From: Betaproteobacteria bacterium | GTDB lineage: Bacteria > Pseudomonadota > Gammaproteobacteria > Burkholderiales > CAIKXV01 | DNA length: 64,000 bases | Direction: 5' to 3' | NCBI GenBank assembly: GCA_947458265.1 | Contig: CANGYF010000008.1 | Location: forward strand, 36,993 to 100,992 | Shown: piece after piece, positions 58,922 to 64,000 of the stretch | Layout of the letters: each line of letters starts with the position of its first letter | How positions within the stretch are numbered: position 1 is the stretch's first letter | Program-made: the position numbers and the translations under genes | The notes under the pieces: generated by a model | Told to the model about the DNA's origin: nothing | The model's database searches: none | What the model saw: only the letters and a program-made list of their open reading frames with translations

Positions 58922-59991
58922 GCGAGCCCGAAGGCGAACAGCCCGGCCGATCCGAATGCCGGGCCGAGTGCGCCGGCCGGACCAGCGAACAGTGCGGTGC
59001 ACGCCAGCGTGTGCGCGACGTAGAAGGACATGGTCATGCGCCCGAGCGGCGCGAACAGTCCCATCCATCGTGCGCCGCCTGCATGCCAGGCGCGCACCAG
59101 CGCGCACACCGCGCCCGCAGCCAGCAGCGGACCGGTGAACTGGGTCGCGAAGTCGATCGGCGTCACGTCGCCGCCGGGATGGATGGCGACCCGCCAACCC
59201 GCCAGGGCGAGATTGACCGCCAGCCCGGCGGGCAGCAGCCAGCGGGCACCGAACGACCAGAGCCTTGCACCGGAGCGCGCCCGTTCGAGCAGTCGCAACC
59301 GCCCGGCGAGCATGCCGAAGGTGCCCATCGCCAGCATCATCGGCAGCTGCCACGGCAGCTGGTAGAAGTAGGACGCATAGCCCATCCGGTTGAGCTCGAA
59401 CACCTCCGGCCAGGTCGACGCCCGGGTCAGCCAGTGCGGGGATACCGGAAGCTCCGCCGAGACGAAGAGCATCGCGGCGAACGTTGTCGTGCCCACCACC
59501 AGCCAGAGCAGTGCCCAGGCTGCGCAGTGCAGGCGCAGGCGCCGCAACCGCCACCGGGACGTGCCGAGCAGAAGCAGCCCGAGCACGGCCAGCCAGGACA
59601 GGATGTCGCCGCAGTAGATGAACAGGCCATGCAGGAACCCGAGCCCCCACTGGCGCAGCATCTGCCGGCGCCGGGCCGTGAACACGGCCGCTGGCGGATT
59701 GCGCCCGGCGCGCCGGGTGCGCATCGCCCAGCCATAGCCGACGAGGAACATCAGCAGCGGGTAGCTCTTGGCCTGGAACAGCACCACGCAGAAGGCCTGC
59801 ACCAGCAGCGCCAGCAGCGAATCGACCGGCTCGACCACGCCGACCGGCGAACTGAACACATGGGGGAACGACAGCGTGTTCACGACCACCACGCCGCACA
59901 GCGCGAGGCCGCGGATACCGTCCACCAGGCCATCCCGACCGGCGGGGCCCGCTGCCGGCGCTTGCCCGGCGGGCCCCTGCCCCGACCGCAT
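58792..59991 (-). CDS. DUF418 domain-containing membrane protein (YeiB-like)
   Basis: 399-aa polytopic ORF. The N-terminal DGIRGLALCGVVVVN and the C-terminal GRGPLE motif match my recollection of the YeiB/DUF418 family. Confidence 0.7.
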   Translation of the reverse strand: MRSGQGPAGQAPAAGPAGRDGLVDGIRGLALCGVVVVNTLSFPHVFSSPVGVVEPVDSLLALLVQAFCVVLFQAKSYPLLMFLVGYGWAMRTRRAGRNPPAAVFTARRRQMLRQWGLGFLHGLFIYCGDILSWLAVLGLLLLGTSRWRLRRLRLHCAAWALLWLVVGTTTFAAMLFVSAELPVSPHWLTRASTWPEVFELNRMGYASYFYQLPWQLPMMLAMGTFGMLAGRLRLLERARSGARLWSFGARWLLPAGLAVNLALAGWRVAIHPGGDVTPIDFATQFTGPLLAAGAVCALVRAWHAGGARWMGLFAPLGRMTMSFYVAHTLACTALFAGPAGALGPAFGSAGLFAFGLAYWFAAVLLARAWLAWAGRGPLESFVRGADGATLRASRRNTIT

Positions 59992-60992
59992 CAGACTGTC
60001 GAAGCCGGACCGGGACGCAGCGCGCGGATCTCTCGCGCGAGCTCGAACACCGACATCGCGTAGTGGATCGCACGGTTGTAGCGGGTGATCACGAAGAAGT
60101 TGTCGAACCCGAGCCAGTACTCGGTACCCTCCTTCATCACCAGCGGGAAGACCATTGCAGGCAGCGCGGCATCGACCTCGGTGGCCGGCACGAAGCCCTG
60201 CTCGCGCAGCGCACCGACCGTGGTGTGCGGGCGGATACCGAGCTTCGCCTGCGCCTCGGCCAGTTCGGCCGGCGCCGACACGCGCACCGCCACCGGGCCA
60301 CCGGTGACCCAGCCGAACACCCGGTAGTAGTTGGCAACGCTGCCGATCGCATCGGACGCACTGCGGAACAGGTCGATGCGCCCGTCGCCGTCGAAGTCGA
60401 CCGCGTACTTGCGGTAGCTGGTCGGCATGAACTGCGGGATACCCATCGCGCCAGCGAACGATCCGCGCGGCTGCGCCGGGTCGATCGACAGTTCGCGCGC
60501 GAGCAGCAGGAACTGCTCGAGTTCGCCGCGGAAGAACTCCGCGCGTTTCGGAAAATCGAACGCGAGCGTCGCCAGCGAATCGAGCACAGGGTGCGTGCCC
60601 ATCATCTTGCCGAACAGCGTCTCGGCCGCGATCGTCGCCACCACGAGTTCAGGCGGTACGCCGAACTGCTCGCGCGCGCGCTCCAGCGCTGCCGCATGGT
60701 CCTGCCAGAAGCGGGCACCGCCGGCGATGCGCGGACGGTTCACGAACGCCGGCCGATATTCGAACCAGGGACGCGGCCTGGATTGCGAATGCATCGCACC
60801 CAGCACCTGCTGCTGCACCCGGACCTGAGAAAACGTCGCGCGCAGGACATCGCGGTCGAACTGGTGGCGCACGACCATCTCTTCGATGAAGGCCTCGGTC
60901 TCGGCAGACAGCACGCGCGGTGCCGGCTGGGCCGCGAGTTTCCCGATCATCGCCGTCGAGGCGACCGCTGCTATCAACGTTCGGCGATTCAT
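59991..60992 (-). CDS. mltB: lytic murein transglycosylase B
   Basis: ATG at codon 97 of track ORF 59991-61280 gives a 333-aa product with a signal peptide. It has the catalytic Glu context IAAETLFG, AGAMGIPQFMPTSY and DFDGDGRIDL. Confidence 0.85.
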   Translation of the reverse strand: MNRRTLIAAVASTAMIGKLAAQPAPRVLSAETEAFIEEMVVRHQFDRDVLRATFSQVRVQQQVLGAMHSQSRPRPWFEYRPAFVNRPRIAGGARFWQDHAAALERAREQFGVPPELVVATIAAETLFGKMMGTHPVLDSLATLAFDFPKRAEFFRGELEQFLLLARELSIDPAQPRGSFAGAMGIPQFMPTSYRKYAVDFDGDGRIDLFRSASDAIGSVANYYRVFGWVTGGPVAVRVSAPAELAEAQAKLGIRPHTTVGALREQGFVPATEVDAALPAMVFPLVMKEGTEYWLGFDNFFVITRYNRAIHYAMSVFELAREIRALRPGPASTV

Positions 60993-61729
60993 CCGTACCT
61001 GCGTATCAGACCCTTGACCACTCCCCGGATCGTAACCCGTGCGGGGTCGAATACCAATGGCTGCATCGTCGAATTCGCAGGATGCAGCACGACGCGGCCG
61101 GCGCGCTGCTCTATCCGCTTCAGGGTCGCCGACTCGCCATCGATCAGCGCGACGACGATCTCGCCGTTGCGCGCCGAGGTCCGGTGCTCGACCACCACCC
61201 AATCTCCATCGTGGATGCCTTCGTCGACCATCGAGTCGCCGCGCACGGCAAGCGCATAGTGGTCGGTGCGCCCGGCCCATGCCGCGCCGATCTCGAGCAC
61301 GGCATCATCTTCCACCGCATCGATCGGCTGACCGGCCGCGACGCGGCCGAGCAGCGGCAGCGTCGCGACCGGCGTCCTGGCCATGGTGCCCGGCACAGCC
61401 GCAGGGGATACGCGGTCGGGAGCGGCGCGTCGTGCAGCGGCAAGCACGATACCGCGCTGCCGGCCGTTCATCGGCTCGACCAGCCCGGCCTCGACCAGGG
61501 CTTGCACGTGCTTGTGCAGCGAGCCGCGCGAGCGAAGCCCAAGCGCGCGGCAGACCTCGTCGAGCGTCGGTGGATGCCTGCGCGCAGGCAGCGCCTCGCG
61601 CAGCCAGGCAAGCAGCTCAGCCTGCCGCCGGGTGAGGGACGGCGCTGCCGTCGGCGCAGTCGATGCAGGATCCACGACGGACGCAGCAGACGCATCGGGT
61701 ACGTTGGACGGGCGGGACACGGCAGGCAT
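60989..61729 (-). CDS. lexA: transcriptional repressor LexA (with N-terminal and linker extensions)
   Basis: ATG at codon 45 of track ORF 60989-61861 gives a 246-aa product. It has a winged HTH (LTRRQAELLAWL...SRGSLHKHVQALVEAGLV), the cleavage site VAAG, the Ser context RGDSM and the Lys context ATLKR. An alternative GTG start at 61675 would give 228 aa. Confidence 0.9.
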   Translation of the reverse strand: MPAVSRPSNVPDASAASVVDPASTAPTAAPSLTRRQAELLAWLREALPARRHPPTLDEVCRALGLRSRGSLHKHVQALVEAGLVEPMNGRQRGIVLAAARRAAPDRVSPAAVPGTMARTPVATLPLLGRVAAGQPIDAVEDDAVLEIGAAWAGRTDHYALAVRGDSMVDEGIHDGDWVVVEHRTSARNGEIVVALIDGESATLKRIEQRAGRVVLHPANSTMQPLVFDPARVTIRGVVKGLIRRYG

Positions 61730-61816
61730 GAGGGCTCTGGATGCTCCTCGACCGGGATCGGTCGGATGGATGGTGGACGCGCGGCATACCGATCGCATAG
61801 TATCGCAGGAGAACCG

Positions 61817-64000
61817 ATGGAGAACAGCGTGCCCGACACGATCCTTCCTGCACGGGCGCATGGCGCCGACACCCCGGGCTCCGCGCGCGCGCTGCGGCGC
61901 CGTTCCCGTGCCGACCAGCGCACCGAGGCGTCCCCCCGCGCGCTGGCCCTCGAGCCGCTGCTGTCACGCCTGGAACGGCGCTACGGCGACCGGATCACCG
62001 CGCACAGGGTCGCGCCGGCGCGCGAGGCGAAGCTGGCGCCGTTCCCGGCCGACCTCGACCCCGCGTTGCAGCAGGCACTGGCCGCGCGCGGCATCGAATC
62101 GCTGTACAGCCACCAGCGCGCGGCCTGGGACAGCGTCCGTGCAGGCCAGCATACCGTGGTGGTCACGCCCACGGCCTCGGGCAAGACCCTCTGCTACAAC
62201 CTGCCGGTGCTGCAGGCCGTACGGGAAACCGGTGCGAAGTCGCTCTACCTGTTCCCGACCAAGGCGCTGGCGCAGGACCAGGTCGCGGAACTGCTGGCAC
62301 TGAACGAGGCCGGTGAACTCGGCGTGCGCGCATTCACCTTCGATGGCGACACGCCCGGCGATGCGCGCCAGGCCATCCGCACGCGCGGCGACATCGTGGT
62401 GTCGAACCCGGACATGCTGCACCAGGCGATCCTGCCGCACCACACGAAGTGGGCGCAGCTGTTCGAGAACCTGAAGTACGTCGTCGTCGACGAGATGCAC
62501 AGCTACCGCGGCGTGTTCGGATCGCACGTGGCGAACGTGATGCGCAGGCTGCGCCGCATCTGCCGCTTCCACGGATCCGACCCCGTGTTCATCCTCTGCT
62601 CGGCGACCATCGCCAACCCGGTCGAACTGGCGGGCGGGCTGGTCGGCGCCACGGTCCATGGCATCACCGACAATGGCGCACCGGCTGGCGAGAAGCATGT
62701 GCTGCTATGGAACCCGCCGGTCATCAATGCCGATCTCGGGCTGCGCGCATCGAGCCGATCGCAGGTCACGCGACTGGCACGGATCGCGCTGAAGCAGTCG
62801 CTGTCGACGATCGTGTTCGCCAACAGCCGGCTGGCCGTCGAGGTCCTGACCAAGTACCTGAAGGATGTGTTCGACCCCGACCCCAGGCTCGAGCCGCGCG
62901 TGGCCGCCTACCGCGGTGGCTACCTGCCGACCGAGCGGCGCGACATCGAGCGGCGCCTGCGTGCCGGCACGCTCGACTGCGTGGTGTCGACCTCGGCGCT
63001 CGAACTGGGCGTGGACATCGGCTCCCTGGACGTCTGCCTGCTCAACGGCTATCCCGGCACGATCGCCGGCACCTGGCAGCGCCTCGGGCGGGCCGGCCGG
63101 CGCCAGCGCACCTCGCTCGGCGTGCTGGTGGCGAGCAGCGAGCCGCTCGACCAGTACATGGTCCGGCATCCGGAATTCTTCTTCGGTGCCTCGCCGGAAC
63201 ATGCACGCATCGACCCCGACCAGCTGCTGATCCTCATGGAGCACCTGCGCTGCGCGGCGTTCGAACTGCCATTCGAGGCCGGCGACACGTTCGGTGCGCC
63301 GCCGCTGGCCGAGATGCTCGACTACCTCGCCGGCGAGCGGCTGGTGCATCGGGAAGGCGACCGCTGGCACTGGATCGCCGACAGCTACCCGGCGGGCTCG
63401 GTCAGCCTGCGCGCGATCGCGGAAGGCAACTTCGTGGTGATCGACACCACCGACGGGGCGCGCAACGTGATCGCCGAAGTCGACTGGTCGAGCGCACCGC
63501 TGACACTGTACGAAGGCGCGATCTACATGGTGCAGAGCCGACCCTGGCAGGTCGAGCGGCTCGACTGGGAGGGTCGCAAGGCGTTCGTCACCCGCACCGA
63601 CGCCGACTACTACACCGATGCGATCGACTTCACCCGGCTCAAGATCCTCGACGACTTCGAGCAGGAAGGTATCGACGGAGCGCTGGCCGTGCGCGGCGAG
63701 GTACATATCGTGCGCCGGGTCGCCGGCTACAAGAAGATCCGCTACTACACGCACGAGAACATCGGCTACGGCGAGGTCCGACTGCCCGACAACGAGATGC
63801 ATACCACCGCCGTCTGGTGGCGGCTCGAGCCGGGCCTGCTCGAACGGTCGTTCGAGCGTCGCTGGCAGGCGCTCGACGGCTTCCTCGGCGCCGCCCATGC
63901 GATGCACCACGTGGCGGCGCTGCTGTCGATGGCCGAGGTACGCGACCTCGGCCGCGCGGTCGGGGACGCCGAAGGCCGTTGGCATGCGACGGTCGACGCC
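61817..64000 (+). CDS. DEAD/DEAH-box helicase with C-terminal DUF1998 region (MrfA/YprA/SftH-like), 3' end outside the window
   Basis: Open frame absent from the ORF track because it has no stop before the window end. ATG at 61817 follows AGGAG. I translated 728 codons by hand. Motifs found: motif I TPTASGKT, motif II VVVDEMHSY, motif III CSAT and motif VI RLGRAGRR. The MrfA-type C-terminal block GAAHAMHHVAALLSMAEVRDLG is present. Confidence 0.85.
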   Translation, partial: MENSVPDTILPARAHGADTPGSARALRRRSRADQRTEASPRALALEPLLSRLERRYGDRITAHRVAPAREAKLAPFPADLDPALQQALAARGIESLYSHQRAAWDSVRAGQHTVVVTPTASGKTLCYNLPVLQAVRETGAKSLYLFPTKALAQDQVAELLALNEAGELGVRAFTFDGDTPGDARQAIRTRGDIVVSNPDMLHQAILPHHTKWAQLFENLKYVVVDEMHSYRGVFGSHVANVMRRLRRICRFHGSDPVFILCSATIANPVELAGGLVGATVHGITDNGAPAGEKHVLLWNPPVINADLGLRASSRSQVTRLARIALKQSLSTIVFANSRLAVEVLTKYLKDVFDPDPRLEPRVAAYRGGYLPTERRDIERRLRAGTLDCVVSTSALELGVDIGSLDVCLLNGYPGTIAGTWQRLGRAGRRQRTSLGVLVASSEPLDQYMVRHPEFFFGASPEHARIDPDQLLILMEHLRCAAFELPFEAGDTFGAPPLAEMLDYLAGERLVHREGDRWHWIADSYPAGSVSLRAIAEGNFVVIDTTDGARNVIAEVDWSSAPLTLYEGAIYMVQSRPWQVERLDWEGRKAFVTRTDADYYTDAIDFTRLKILDDFEQEGIDGALAVRGEVHIVRRVAGYKKIRYYTHENIGYGEVRLPDNEMHTTAVWWRLEPGLLERSFERRWQALDGFLGAAHAMHHVAALLSMAEVRDLGRAVGDAEGRWHATVDA

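Noticed and set aside
61817-64000. DUF1998-type helicase as part of a DISARM- or Druantia-like defence system
   Set aside because: The architecture is a single roughly 750-800-aa DEAH helicase with an MrfA-type C-terminal block. Together with its position next to lexA, this fits the housekeeping MrfA/YprA/SftH repair family. No methyltransferase, PLD nuclease or other defence partners are visible upstream. The downstream region is outside the window and cannot be judged.

Overview
Very GC-rich chromosomal segment (GC judged by eye, not computed). Its core-genome synteny is typical of Betaproteobacteria (Rhodocyclales/Burkholderiales-like): lolCD-recJ-prfB-lysS, ilvE-zinc finger-waaF, yhdP-tldD, glnE, clpB, comEC and lexA. 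I call about 55 protein-coding genes, two of them running off the window ends. Gene calls rest on motifs I recognise in the supplied translations. Several starts were moved downstream of the longest ORF by counting codons from the track coordinates. I recognised no rRNA, tRNA, CRISPR array, transposase, integrase or phage gene. The many long ORFs antisense to recognisable genes are GC-driven mirror frames. I do not see a convincing novel multi-gene system such as a defence island, and most of the window is housekeeping. The most unusual items are listed here.
- A kinase-less PAS-MCP/CheR/CheD cassette resembling the aer2-cheR2-cheD part of the Pseudomonas che2 cluster, with a LuxR-type regulator carrying a degenerate receiver where CheB would sit.
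- An orphan 284-aa secretin-like protein.
- A shared Fur-box-like 19-mer in both promoter regions of a rearranged iron ABC transporter locus.
- lexA translationally coupled to mltB and a DUF418 gene, and divergent from an MrfA-like DUF1998 helicase, with no canonical SOS box.
- A sigma-54 type promoter ahead of two tandem Bug/TctC paralogs and a CoxMSL-like molybdenum hydroxylase.
- A 5'-truncated ada.
- In-frame tandem repeats in glnE and yhdP.
- The programmed +1 frameshift of prfB.
All functional statements are homology or motif inferences made without database searches.
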